Assembly: GCF_006345805.1 (NCBI RefSeq)
Contig: NC_043001.1
Coordinates: 134,788,001-134,852,000, forward strand
Length of the DNA stretch: 64,000 nucleotides
Source of the DNA: Octopus sinensis
Lineage: Eukaryota
Direction: 5' to 3'
This document shows positions 1 through 12,529 of the stretch, piece after piece (the stretch's first letter is position 1; every line of letters starts with the position of its first letter). Both the position numbers and the translations under genes were made by a program. A model generated the notes under the pieces. It had not been told where the DNA came from. It worked only from the letters and a program-made list of their open reading frames with translations, and ran no database searches.

Positions 1-567
1 TACATCTCATCTAGATTAAGTCCCTTGTTAATTAGTTGAGCTATGACCCTAGTCCAGAAATTTGATACCTCTTTGTAGCAGCTGTCTATAACACTGCTGA
101 AATTATCAATGCATGAAATAGGCTAATGATTTCATTACAATAATAATAGATAAGTTACAGTTCGCATAGCTTCTGCCAGTGTTCACCTATCCGTTCACAT
201 ATTTTATCATCATCAATTGCTTACTCTTCCATACTTGCATGGGTCATATGAAATTTGTTGAAACAGATTTTCTATGGACGGATGCCCTTACTATTGCCAA
301 CTACCACCTGTTTCCAAGCAAGATAATATTACCCCTTGGCCAGACATGTTTTCACAGAAGACTGGAACCAAACAACATTGCTTATATGACAGTGATGCTC
401 GTTTACAGCCACCCTGATATCAAGACAAGAGAACATACACATGCTCATATATACATAGTAATGATTTGACTTGAAATAATTACATGGCGAGATATACAGA
501 AAGCCTGACAGTTAGTTTCATAGTTAAATTAGTATTAACGTAGTTAATGAAGTGAGTATTAACTGAT

Positions 568-880
568 ATCATCATCATCATCATCATCATCGTTTAACGT
601 CCGCTTTCCATGCTAGCATGGGTTGAACGGTTCAACTGGGGTCTGGCAAGCTCGAAGGCTGCACCAGGCCAGTCAGATCTGGCAGTGTTTCTACAGCTGG
701 ATGCCCTTCCTAACGCCAACCACTCTGAGAGTGTAGTGGGTGATTTTATGTGCCACCGACACAGGTGCCAGACGAGGCTGGCAGACGGCCATGCTCGGAT
801 GGTGTTTTTATGTGCCACCGACACAGGTGCCAGACGAGGCTGGCGAACGGCCACGCTCGGATGGTGTTTGTTACGTGCCC
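568..880 (-). mobile_element. RTE LINE 3' tail (5'-truncated copy)
   Basis: (CAT)n followed by gtttaacgtccgctttccatgctagcatgggttg; reverse complement of the LINE 3'UTR at 23150-23515. Confidence 0.8.
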
Positions 881-1194
881 TCAGTATATCAGTATATAAC
901 TGATATACTGTTTTTCTATGAAGACGACATCTGAGTAATTAATCTTCTGTAATTTGTTTAAGAATCGTTACCCGACTCAGAGTATGGAAGTTTGACCCAG
1001 TTTTGTAAGAGACCTAAACTACCAAAACTCAGTAAAATCGTGCAATAGCTGCAGTATTATATATTTTGTGTTGCATATTTATAAATTTTTCAAAAATACT
1101 TTATTTTCCCGAAAATGTCTATTTTTCGAAAAGTTACAATGTTTTCTTTAAATCTCTAAGGAATTTCACCTGTTTTCCTATACTGAAACTTTAA

Positions 1195-1414
1195 CCCTTT
1201 GGTGTTCAAATTTCTCTGTTAAATGTAATACTTTTTCACTCAAATTGTTTTGAATTAATCATGCATTATGTTATAGCTTTGAGGTTTCAATAATATGATT
1301 GTTTATTTTTAGAATGTCACTGTAGGTTAGGTGTGAGAGGCTAGATATTGCCAGTTTGAATATAAAACATGTAGAATATTTGGGCCGGATATGGCCGGTT
1401 TAAACACTAAAGGG
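1195..1414. mobile_element. piggyBac-type MITE
   Basis: TTAA|CCCTTT...AAAGGG|TTAA termini; related copies at 24530-24749 and 38443-38636. Confidence 0.75.
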
Positions 1415-1877
1415 TTAAAGAAGATATTTTGCTCTTTATCTTTGCCTCAGTTGGATATGTGGATATATCGTTATGTGGAGGATGTTTGTTGGAACAATTC
1501 CCATGCCCTGCGTGGTGTAAATTAGGATCTTCCCCAAATTTTTCCAGCACTGTTGACTTGAATGGCTCATGAATTCCACGGCTAGCATTATACAATGTTG
1601 ATTGTCCCTTTCTTTTCCTTGCCATCAAGGATGAAATAACAGTTTGAATTTCTGTTTCTGATGGTAAATCTAAACGCCCAGGATGTTTACGTTTAAGTTC
1701 CACTAAGATTTTACCTGGACCTTGTTTCATAGCTTCGTTTTCATTACTCAAATTAAACAGATCACTAATTTCTTGTTTAAATGGATCCACATACTTTCGA
1801 CCATACTTATTACCATTCTTTTCTTATTCTTGCCCATCCTATTTCAAATCCACAACACTCATTATTATGCTGGTTGT

Positions 1878-2260
1878 GGAGGCGCAATGGCCCAGTGGTT
1901 AGGGCAGCGGACTCGCGGTCGTAGGATCGCGGTTTCAATTCCCAGACCGGGCGTTGTGAGTGTTTATTGAGCGAAAACACCTAAAGCTCCACGAGGCTCC
2001 GGCAGGGGATGGTGGTGATCCCTGCTGTACTCTTTCACCACAACTTTCTCTCACTCTTACTTCCTGTTTCTGTTGTACCTGTATTTCAAAGGGCTGGCCT
2101 TGTCACTCTCTGTGTCACGCTGAATATCCCCGAGAACTACGTTAAGGGTACACGTGTCTGTGGAGTGCTCAGCCACTTACACGTTAATTTCACGAGCAGG
2201 CTGTTCCATTGATTCAGATGAACCGGAACCCTCGTCGTCGTAACCGACGGAGTGCTTCCA
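1878..2260 (+). mobile_element. tRNA-derived SINE, family A (~380 bp)
   Basis: Head with A/B-box-like motifs (GGCCCAGTGGTTAGG; GGTTTCAATTCCC); TSD cattattatgctgg at 1860-1873 and 2263-2276; six near-identical copies in the window. Confidence 0.9.
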
Positions 2261-2451
2261 TCCATTATTATGCTGGATTGCTTCATGAATGGGATCGAAC
2301 ATCTTGAGTTCTTCAACATTTGAACTAGTATTAATCACAGCAAATTGATGCTGTTCATATGGATCTTTAGCATAAACAATAGCTTCACTGATTAAGTCTT
2401 GTCCTAAGGCTCCCTTACAATTATGGATTTCCATTTTTTTTTTTTTTTTTG

Positions 2452-2675
2452 GCCGATGCCAGACCCCCCTGGCACCTGTGCAGGTGGCACGTAAATAGCA
2501 CCCACTACACTCGCGGAGTGGTTGGCATTAGGAAGGGCATCCAGCTGTAGAAACAGTGCTAGATCAGACTGGAGCCTGGTGCAGCCCCTGGCTTCCCAGA
2601 CCCCGGGCGAACCGTCCAACCCGCGCTAGCGCGAAAAGCGGACGTTAAACAATGATGATGATGATGATGATGATT
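2452..2675 (+). mobile_element. RTE LINE 3' tail
   Basis: Matches the LINE 3'UTR and ends in (ATG)n. Confidence 0.8.
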
Positions 2676-5236
2676 TTGTAGGCAGTTGCAAATTCCCTGT
2701 GACATAAATTACATTGAAGAGGATTTTCATTGTCTGATTCCATATCCAAATCATTAATATTTGATGCTACAGCAAGTCCAGTATGATGCTTCTCTGGGAT
2801 ATTCCCCTCAACACCATAAACAATACATTTTGTTAAGCTGCCTCTACCTTTCTCTACAACACCAATATCTTCAACAGTGTCTGTATCAAATATTTCATTT
2901 TCATTGGAAGCACAATCTTCTTCATCAGATTCGTTTTCACAATTTCCTTCATTTACATCGTTCATAGTGCCATTGATAAAGTTGTATGTTGCTGTCAATG
3001 GTAAGTTTGAGTTTCCATAAACTGAAGTGGAATTTCTTGTTGAATCAAACTGTACTTCCATATGATCACCTATGTTTTGTAATTTTCCAATTATCTCCAA
3101 ATTTTCCTGTTCAAACTGTTCAACAGCAGGCCTATTAATACTATCCAATTCTACCACTGTATTACTTACACTGCCATTAGTATTTAAAGCATCAACTAAT
3201 TCAACAGGAGTTATAACATCTGAACCCATATTACAATGCATATACACATGCTTCATAGCTGTAGCCAAATGAGTGTCGATACTGCCTTTACCATCTTGTA
3301 CACCAGTGTGTACAAATGTACAAAGTTTAAGGTTGTACCGATCTGCAATTTTATATAATGTAAACAATAAATTTCCCTTCTTATAACATTTTGCGTTGTC
3401 AGATTGTACATAAAGATTTCAAACGTATGGAAATTTGGTTGATATTTGTCTACATACTGCATCAAAATAGGACATAACAGCCACATAGTCTTGCTCACTA
3501 TCCTCGGTAGAAATGTGATCAAAGTAAGGGATACGATAATCCTTTAAATTTTCAGTATTACACTGTTCTTTATCAGTGTATTTTGTATACATCATGGTTC
3601 CATGCCATGATGACCCTTTCTTACCATAAAAATCTAGTTTTTTCCATATAGTATATAGCTTTGAATTTCATTTTGAAATCTATAACAACCATAGCATCTT
3701 CTAAACGTAAATTGAACATTATTTCATCAATCCTATTGCGTTGATTAAGTACTTTCACACGATGACCAAATAAAAGATATAATTTTTCCATAGCATCATT
3801 CAATAGAATTTCATGTTCTGGGTTCACATACTGTTTAATGTATTGTATTACATGCTTGGGAAAGCAACAAACATCACATTGTTTCATTTCTGCTCCAGAG
3901 ATGGATAAAGAAAACTCTTTATCCGTGACACTACATGTAGAAATGTGTCCCTCATAGGTTGTCTGAATGTAAGCTTCTAAACCATTAACAATAGCATTCA
4001 AAGATTCTGATTTGGCACTGGTAGCAACAACAGTCTTCAAACGTGCAAAATTATCATACATTAATACTCCCGATACATAATCGACTGCTTGTTTAATCCT
4101 TGGTAGTTAACATTTTGACTATCTTCCGGAATGATGTAGAGCCTAATTGTTTATTTTGAGGTATGGTTTCTTTGTAATCACGTAGCATTATGGTTGTATT
4201 TTTTTTCCTAATCAGTTTGGGCAGATTCGGATTACATTAGCATCTGACAAAACAAACTCCACTGCAGCTTCCATTTAGTCACAATCGTGTAGTATAATTG
4301 ATCTACTGGAAGGTGTAAGCTGCTGTCCACTTGCCATATGTTTATACTTTCATCTTAATGAAGCTACTTTCTTCATACCAATACCAAAATGATCTTTCAA
4401 AACCCTTGAAACTAAGGATACCGCTAATGGAGCTGTAATAGCATCAGCTTATACAACATTTCTCGGCAATGCATCTCATACTTTAATGATATTTTCCGCT
4501 AATTTGCTTTCATTGACGACAACTTCTCCTTCATTTTTAATACCCTCTTTCATAAGGCCTCTGGCATCATACGGACTAATGATACTTTTTTTATTATGGT
4601 ACTGGTTAGTTTCACCAGTCGCTTTTTAGCTGCTTCGTCAAAGTCTTCCATTCGGGTACTTTCACATTTAGCTTTTCCCGGTGATGATGATACTGATTTT
4701 AAACCAAATGCTTCATACAATGCCCCCACTTTTGAAACAATTCATGATGGATCGCTAACTTCTGGTTCAGAATCCTCTTATTCTGTATACACACTACGCT
4801 TTCTTGTATTCGTATTTGTTTTACTTGTGCTGACACCTCCCATAAGTCGTATCTCTTTGTGGCACGTGTGTTTACATTTTCATTGTGTTTATTATCTCCA
4901 CGACATGTACATCTACACCTGTAACATCCTTGACAACTAATACATCTACCTTTTTGCGAGTACTTGATAATTCTGACATAACTGCCGATTGGGTGAAGCA
5001 AAATCAAAATCTGGACTATCTGTATATTTTTTCAATATATTAATTTTAACCAATCAAATCGCCCCATTTATTATTCAGTTAGCGACAATTCAATATTTTA
5101 AAGTTCTACAAAAAAATCAATACTCTGACCCACGAAGCGACTCTTAAAAATACACACACAATAGTAATAAACCAGTCTCTAAATATAGACATTTCAACTC
5201 AGGTTGTCAGTAGAGTCAATATGAAATAGAACTTAC

Positions 5237-6095
5237 CTGTTCACAAATCTAAATACTTTGAAGAATCTCGTCACATAATTCTTAAGATTATCAATGTGTT
5301 GTTTAATCATTTCAAAATAATATGTAATTAGATCACTGTTGTTGCATTTTATATCTATTAAGATGTCTGCTATGTTGCTTAGCAACAAGACGTCAGCATC
5401 ACTAAGGTCTTTATACAGTGCAGATTCGACCTTATAACGGTCGTTATGCATCAACATGTAATTGAAAGCATAACATAAGTTGACGAGTTCACTGATTTTA
5501 AGGGTCTCTGAATGAAGAATCTCAAGGGCTCGCTTCTGGAACTTTCTGCTGGTTGACTCATCGTAGATGCCCATCACCTTCATCACATGACAAACATCGG
5601 CAAAATTTGCGCAGGTTAACATAGGCAACTTTGGTATTAATAAATCAACAATACAATTGGCATTCTCTTTGTTCCCATCTCTATAATAAGGTGACACTAG
5701 AAACGAGAGGTGTCTGTACATCCTGAGACAAGAGCCAAGCTGGAGGATATTTAAGTTTTCACCATTGTTGAGGATTACTTGATGGGTAAGATTCAAAACT
5801 GTGTTCAATTTTTCAGATGTGGATATGTGTCGGATATTGGTGATAGTTCGACTGAGGTTGTAAACATCGAAGTCAGGAGAAGAGATATCAGTCTGCTTAA
5901 ATATGATGTCAAGACTCTTCAAAACCCGACTCCATACTTTGAAGTCACCACGGGGAAATATTCGAAGGGCTTCACAAATAAGAGCAGTATCATTTAGATT
6001 CAAATATTCTTTTGAGTCTTGCAAACGATGCAAAAGTTTATGTATGATGGGTGACGTGCAGTCAGTGCCGAGGAAGAGAAAACCATGGAAATAAC
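5237..6095 (-). CDS. Coding exon of a probable mitochondrial FAST kinase domain-containing protein (FASTKD1-like)
   Basis: 859-nt open exon bounded by tttttccAG (6096-6097) and AG|GTAAGT (5236). Phase 1 matches the upstream exon: ..HIPG|YFHGFLFLGTDCTSPIIHKLLHRLQDSKEY... Leu-rich helical-repeat composition typical of FASTK-family N-terminal regions. The RAP domain is not in the window, so the family call is tentative. Confidence 0.7.
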
Positions 6096-7020
6096 CTGGA
6101 AAAAGGAAAAAATAAAAATGGTTTAAAAACGATTAAATAAACAATATTATTAATTTTTTCCCCTTAATTTTGTTACAAGGCCAGCAGTTTTGAGGGGATA
6201 GGGAAGTTGATTACATTGACCCCAGAACTCAACTGGTACTTATTTTGACCCCAAAAGGATGGCAAACAAGGCTGGCTTTGGTAGTATTAGAACTCAGAAG
6301 GTAAAGAGCTAGAGGAAATGCCATTAAGCACCTTGTCTGGTGAGCTAACAATCCTGCCAGTTTATTGCTTTAACGCGTGGGCATGGCTGTGTGGTTAGGG
6401 AGCTTGCCTCCCAGCTACATGGTTTTGGGTTCAGTCCCACTGCGTGGCACTTTGGGTAGGTGTCTCCCACTATAGCCCCAAGCCGACCGGAGCTTTGTGA
6501 TTGAATTCGGTAGGTGGAAGTTACTGCCGTGTGTGTATGTGTGTGTATAGCTGCTCAGTGCCTCTCCGAAAGAGAGAGAGGGGAATAACAATTTTAAGCA
6601 ATCCTGTTGTAATCTATACCAACTATAGGTATATTTCATGTTTCATAAGTTGTCAACTAACAAAGTTGTTTTATTTACATTTTATAAGTGGTGAGCACAC
6701 TTATAAAAGGACTCCCATCTTCCTCTTCCACTTTTTACATCTATTTTTCCATGCTGATATTGGTCAGATGAGTCATTATAGTCCAAGTCAGTACTTCATT
6801 GAAGTTACTATCCTTCAAGAGAGATTAGGGGAATATGTGTCTCTCATATGTTTCATTTTTGGTTTGGTTTCTATGGCTGGATGTCCTTCCAAACACCAAC
6901 CATTTTACAAGAGTGCCTGGATGCATTTTATTGTGATACCAACACTGCTAAAGATATCATACCTCAACAAGACTAAAGAGTCCTCTCAATCTTGCACTGT
7001 CTACATACATCTCTGCAAAC

Positions 7021-7256
7021 CTATTTCTTTACTACCCACAAGGGGCTAAACACAGAAGGGACAAACAAGGACAGACATAGGTATTAAGTCGATTACATCG
7101 ACCCCTGTGAGTAACTACTGGTACTTAATTTATCGACCCCGAAAGGATGAAAGGCAAAGTCGACCTCGGTGGAATTTGAACTCAGAACGTAACGGTAGAC
7201 GAAATACCGCTAAGCATTTCGTCCGACATGCTAACGTTTCTGCCAGCTCGCCGCCT
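7021..7256 (-). mobile_element. SINE family B (GGCGGCGAGCTGGCAG head; GCCTTTCATCCTTTCGGGGTCGATAAA core, Deu/Nin-domain-like)
   Basis: Near-identical to copies at 15357-15585, 16191-16606, 28745-28950 and 40369-40590. Confidence 0.85.
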
Positions 7257-7760
7257 TATATCTCTGCAAACCGTTTACTTGGGTGCTGGACGTAGTTTAT
7301 CATGTCAACAGCAGTATGAGGTTGTCTTCCACCCTGTAAAAGTTATTATTACTTTATGCCGTGTCAGTTCTCTCAAGGCAGCATGACCAAGAGGATAAAT
7401 AGCAGAGTGATGAGGGAAGGAAATCAGGATGGCTGGTTGATTGAAGGGAACAACAGTATTACTGAAGTGAAGGGTGGGAGAAGAGAAGGTAGCGTTATGG
7501 ATGTCAATAATGAGTAGCCTGAAGAGAGGGAATAATGACTGGGAGTACAGAAAGGGTAACGACCAACTAGGTTTGTGGTGGAGGGGCTTTTTACAGGAGT
7601 AGCATAGCACAGGCACAGTTAGTAAGAGAAAGTGTTGAGTGTCAGAAATGTGTAATAGGGATGAGTGATATATAGATGACTGACAGAGAAATGAGAGAGT
7701 ATCAAAGGGCTGGGTAAGCATATGTGAACTCAACCAGTATATATTGGGCGAAAGATCCAT

Positions 7761-8092
7761 ATCATCATCATCATCATTGTTTAATGCCTGTTTTCTGCGC
7801 TAGCATGGGTTGGATGGTTCGACCGGGGTCTGGGAAGCCAGGGGCTGCACCAGGCTCCAGTCTGATCTGGCAGTGTTTCTACGGCTGGATGCCCTTCCTA
7901 ATGCCAACCACTCTGCGAGTGTAGTGGGTGCTTTTTACGTGCCACCTGCACAGGTGCCAGGGGGGTCTGGCAGCGGCCACGATCGGTTGGTGCTTTTAAC
8001 GTGCCACCGGCGCGGAAGCCAGCCAAGGCGGCGCTGGCATCGGCCACGTTCGGATGGTGCTTTTTATGTGCCACCGGCACAGAAGCCAGTCA
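7761..8092 (-). mobile_element. RTE LINE 3' tail
   Basis: (CAT)n plus the conserved tail with internal GTGCCACCGGCAC repeats. Confidence 0.8.
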
Positions 8093-8094
8093 CC

Positions 8095-8272
8095 ATATGT
8101 AGATGTATTATACTTCCCATGTATTATATGTAGATGTATTATATGTAGATGTATTATACTTCCCATGTATTATATGTAGATGTATTATACTTCCCATGTA
8201 TTATATGTAGATGTATTATATGTAGATGTATTATACTTCCCATGTATTATATGTAGATGTATTATACTTCCC
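8095..8272. repeat. Minisatellite (ATGTAGATGTATTATACTTCCCATGTATTAT and a 14-bp subunit)
   Basis: Directly visible tandem units. Confidence 0.9.
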
Positions 8273-8665
8273 AGCCTTCATCACAGGACTCTCATCATCA
8301 TCACTATTTTAACATGCAGTTTTCCATCCTTGCATTGGTTGGACGGAGTGTATTGAGATACAGTCTCCACGGCTGGACGCCCTTCTTGTTGCCAACCCAC
8401 ACTTGCTTCCAAGCAGGGTAATATTTACCCATGGCCAGACATGTTCTCACAGAATAGTTGAAATGAATGACATTCATTTACAACAATCACGCAATTTCAA
8501 TGTAAGGAGTCACAAACATACATACACTCACACTAGATTCCCAACCATATAGTTTTGGGTAAAGTCTCACTGTGGGGCACCTTGGGCAAGTGTGGTCTAC
8601 TATAGCCTTGGGCCGACCAAAGCCTTGTGAGTGGATTTCGTAGACACAAACTGAAAGAAACCCAT

Positions 8666-8698
<33 letters not shown>

Positions 8699-8701
<3 letters not shown>

Positions 8702-9137
8702 CAAAGTCACTGTAATCCATATAGGAGAGGTGCAGGCTGTACCTCTCCTACACGGATCACAGTGACTTTGTTATTGATGTGAAATCCTTGGAATATACCA
8801 CAACGTCAACAAACTTTTGAACTGTTCGTAAAACTGTCCCTTTTGTTTTCACTTTATTTTTTTCGTATTTCTCTTATATATTAATATTTTTTTGACCCTG
8901 TTATCTCCCCTATTGTCCCTCTTGCATCTGACCATTCTGTCCGAGTCAGACACCATGATAGATCGTTAGCTACTACACACATTTTTTTCTCTCCTTGTTT
9001 TTCTGTGTATCTTTCTGTAGAAGAGCATAGGCTCGAAACGTAAAAGACTTTTTCTATTCCTGAGCGTTATACTAATACATCTGTTTGTTTGTACACCACC
9101 TGCCTTCGTCTTTTGTTTATTTTCGTAAACTTTCCCT
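8699..9137 (+). mobile_element. Penelope-like pseudo-LTR remnant with a terminal hairpin and a degenerate minimal hammerhead ribozyme (9010-9047)
   Basis: Inserted in (TA)n. Hairpin at 8699-8774. TCTTT-CTGTAGA-AGAGC atag GCTC-GAAAC-GTA-AAAGA fits a type I minimal hammerhead with one core mismatch. Confidence 0.5.
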
Positions 9138-9715
9138 TCATATATATATATATATATGTATATAAGAATGTGCATTGTCCGTTTAATTGAAAAATTCTAA
9201 ATGTGGCTGAAGATTGCTTGAGATTTTAAAACTGATGTAATACTTACAGGGTTTAATAAAATGAAGTAGCATGAAACAATTGTACTACTCTACCTTGGAT
9301 ATCCTTGGTGCTTATTTTGATTATGTGTGTGTGTATATATATATATATATATGAGTGTATGTATATATCTATGTGTGTGTCTTTGTGTCCGTGTTTGTCC
9401 CCCTCATCACTGCTTGACAACTGGTGTTGGTGTGTTTATGTCCCCATAACTTAGTAGTTTGGCAAAAGAGACTGATAAAATAAGTACTAGGCTTAAAAAA
9501 GAAGTCCTGGGGTTTGATTTGCTTGACTAAAACCATTTAAAGTGGCACCCCAGCATGGCTGCAATCAAAGGACTGAAACAAAAGATAAAAGATATAAATG
9601 CATCATCATCATCATCATCATCGTTTAACATCTGCTTTCCATGCTAGCATGGGTTGGACGATTTGACTGAGGTCTGGTGAACCAGATGGCTGCACCAGGC
9701 TCCAAATGCATGTGG

Positions 9716-10096
9716 ATGGAAGCACTCCGTCGGTTCCGACGACGAGGGTTCTGGTTGATCCGATCAACGGAACAGCCTGCTCGTGAAATTAACGTGTAAG
9801 TGGCTGAGCACTCCACAGACACGTGTACCCTTAACGTAGTTCTCGGGGATATTCAGCGTGACACAGAGAGTGACAAGGCCGGCCCTTTGAAATACAGGTA
9901 CAGCAGAAACAGGAAGTAAGAGTGAGAGAAAGTTGTGGTGAAAGAGTACAGCAGGGATCACCACCCCCTGCCGGAGCCGCGTGGAGCTTTAGGTGTTTTC
10001 GCTCAATAAACACTCACAACGCCCGGTCTGGGAATCGAAACCGCGATCCCATGACCGCGAGTCCGCTGCCCTAACCACTGGGCCATTGCGCCTCCA
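9716..10096 (-). mobile_element. SINE family A
   Basis: Reverse complement of 1878-2260; TSD ccaaatgcatgt (9702-9713, 10099-10110). Confidence 0.9.
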
Positions 10097-10200
10097 CCCA
10101 AATGCATGTATGTGTGTATACACACACACACATATATATGTATATATGTGTGTGTGTGTATACATACACATATATATATATGTGTGCATATATTTGCTAT

Positions 10201-10230
<30 letters not shown>

Positions 10231-10231
<1 letters not shown>

Positions 10232-10750
10232 GTTGGGTCATCTCATAAATAATGCATTTTTTTATACTTCTTTTATTTTTAAAAATTAAGATAAAGTTCT
10301 TTTTTAATCTAAAAATATACTCTTCTTTATTTTCTACATTGCTCTTCCATCTTGCAAGGCCCTTCTTCCAAAATTCAATTGTCTGTGACGAAAAATACTC
10401 CTTCAGTACTGTTCTGACCTCATCTACAGAATTCATATCTTTTCCATCCAAATGATTTTGAAGACTGCGGAATAAATGATAATCAGATAGGGCAATGTCC
10501 AGCGAACATGGCAGGTGGGGCATTGTTTCCCATTCAAACTGCTCCAGCCTTTGCAATGTCAGCCTCTCTGTACGTGGCTGAGCATTATCCTGGAGGTCGT
10601 TTTTCTTCTAGCACTGACTTAAGCCACTCAAGCTGCTCACAGTAGATCTCCTTTGTTATTGTTTGGTTTGGGTTTAAAGTTCAAAGTGGACTAAACCTTT
10701 CATATCCCACTAAATGGATAACAACACGTTATGTGGGTGAAGACCTTCTT
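10231..10750 (-). mobile_element. mariner transposase relic (3' part)
   Basis: ORF 10197-10556 WETMPHLPCSLDIALSDYHLFRSLQNHL resembles the mariner YSPDLAPxD motif; upstream QDNAQP-like and DMKGLVHFEL motifs. Confidence 0.8.
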
Positions 10751-11584
10751 AAAGAGCTCTTAAAGTGGCCCCTATCCTCATTCTTTCTTTTGGAATATTT
10801 ACTCCAATCTATGGAAATCCTTCTCCTCAACATTAATCGCTGCCCTATGACTTGATCTGCTAGAATTAGCAGCTAAATCTCTCTCAAAATTATAACCAAC
10901 TTTCTTTAAATAAAAAGGAATGCTGCACTGAATAATGTCATTTTGGATTTGTTATGCTTGACTCAAAGATGGGATGGTCACAAGTGGAACACATTTTGTC
11001 ATAAATCTGCTCAACTGGGACTGACCTGGGATTAAACAACTTCACCAAACTGGATAGCCTGCAAAGGCCATCACACCACCTATCTCTTTTGCTTCCTCCT
11101 CCACCATACAACAATGTCATAACTATAATTAATTGCAATTAAAAAAAAAACAGTTGGTGAGTTAGTATTCATTAGTTGTAATTAATGAATGATCTCTTGC
11201 CTTAAAATGTTTTCCCTCCTTCCTACAAAAGTCACACTGTTCACAGAACTTGTAAGGAGTTCAATCTTAGTTCTGTAGACATATAGCACTCAACTGATCT
11301 GTTGAAAGTTCCCAGTTTTCCACTTTCAATGAACTAAAGTAAAAACCTCCCAATGAATACAGAACTGGACTACAAGCTGACAGCTCTTGAGCTCAAATAT
11401 ACTGCAGATGTATTTAAACAGCATGCTTAAATCTACATTGATTCAGTTTAACTCCGTGTTACATCAGGGGAAGTTAATCATGATAGAGTAGAATCTTAAC
11501 CAAGAGGAGATCTATTTCTCATGACAGCAGAGATTAATACAAACCGTATATCTTGGGATGATGAAGACTGACCAGAGGTAAGTA

Positions 11585-11953
11585 CATCATCATCATCATT
11601 TAGCATCCATTTTCCATGCTAGCATGGGTTAGATGGTTTGATTGGAACTGGTAAGCACAAGAGCTCCAATCTCATTTGGCTTTGTTTCTACAGCTAGATG
11701 TCTTTCCTAATGCCAACCACTCCACAGAGTGTAATGGACACATTTTACAAGTCGCTGGTGCCTTTTATGTGTCACCTATATACATCATCATCATCATCAT
11801 TTAGCACCCATTTTCCATGCTAGCATGGGTTGGATGGTTTGACTGGAACTGGTAAGCACAAGAGCTCCAATCTCATTTGGCTTCATTTCTACAGCTAGAT
11901 GTCCTTCCTAATGCCAACCACTCCACAGAGTGTAGTGGGTGCCTTTTATGTGT
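11585..11953 (-). repeat. Tandem duplication (~197 bp) of an old RTE tail
   Basis: tacatcatcatc..tttagca.ccattttccatgctagcatgg is repeated at 11583 and 11781. Confidence 0.75.
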
Positions 11954-11969
11954 CATCTATATACAACAA

Positions 11970-12365
11970 GACGCAGGAGTGGCTGTGTGGTAAGTAGCTT
12001 GCTAACCAACCATATGGTTCCGGGTTCAGTCCCACTGCGTGGCATCTTGGGCAAGTGTCTTCTGCTATAGCCCTGGGCCGACCAATGCCTTGTGAGTGGA
12101 TTTGGTAGACGGAAACTGAAAGAAGCCTGTCGTATATATGTATATAAGTGTGTGTGTATATGTTTGTGTGTCTGTGTTTGTCCCCCTAGCATTGCTTGAC
12201 AACCGATGCTGGTGTGTTTATGTCCCCGTCACTTAGCGGTTCGGCATAAGAGACCGATAGAATAAGTACTGGGCTTACAAAGAATAAGTCCTGACTAAAG
12301 GCGGTGCTCCAGCATGGCCGCATTCAAAATGACTGAAACAAGTAAAAGAGAGAAAGAGTAAGAGT
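11970..12365 (+). mobile_element. tRNA-derived SINE family C (internal microsatellite, GTAAAAGA tail)
   Basis: GGAGTGGCTGTGTGGTAAG..GGTTCAGTCCC head; copies at 18648-19062, 32816-33207, 35844-36229 and 37395-37780. Confidence 0.85.
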
Positions 12366-12529
12366 AACTATATAAATATCTTGGGTTATAAAGACATCTT
12401 GTTAAAATAAAAACAACTTGTTACTTGGTTTGTGAATGTCATTTGGACCTGAGAAGAAAGCTTGGCATATTAGGCAGGAGGTCATTCAATCTGTGAGTCA
12501 GGGAAAAAATAGATGAAGGAACTCCTTAC

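Larger units (their letters stand above)
1419..4560 (-). pseudogene. Sola3 transposase pseudogene (ORF pieces 3621-4061, 2645-3367, 1407-1790)
   Basis: Colinear minus-strand fragments with stops and frameshifts, interrupted by a SINE (1878-2260) and an RTE tail (2452-2675). Confidence 0.7.
962..5143 (-). mobile_element. Sola3-type DNA transposon, decayed, with nested insertions (intronic to the FASTK-domain gene)
   Basis: TTAA on both sides (958-961, 5144-5147). Imperfect 24-bp TIRs GAATCGTTACCCGACTCAGAGTAT vs GAGTCGCTTCGTGGGTCAGAGTAT (reverse complement of right end), ending ..CTC. Minus-strand fragments carry Sola3-like motifs: VVIDFKMKF, (F)YGKKGSSWHG, GVQDGKGSIDTH and a C-terminal LF..K..GPG..LPSETEIQ..ISSL. 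TTAA target and GAG..CTC termini are the described Sola3 signature. Confidence 0.75.

Noticed and set aside
1878-1952. tRNA gene
   Set aside because: tRNA-derived SINE head continuing into the SINE body; no convincing cloverleaf or terminator.
1960-2212. Recurrent small ORFs (MFIERKHLKLHEAPAG.., MVVIPAVLFHHN..) resembling a multicopy peptide family
   Set aside because: Translations of SINE family A copies that have Pol III heads and TSDs.
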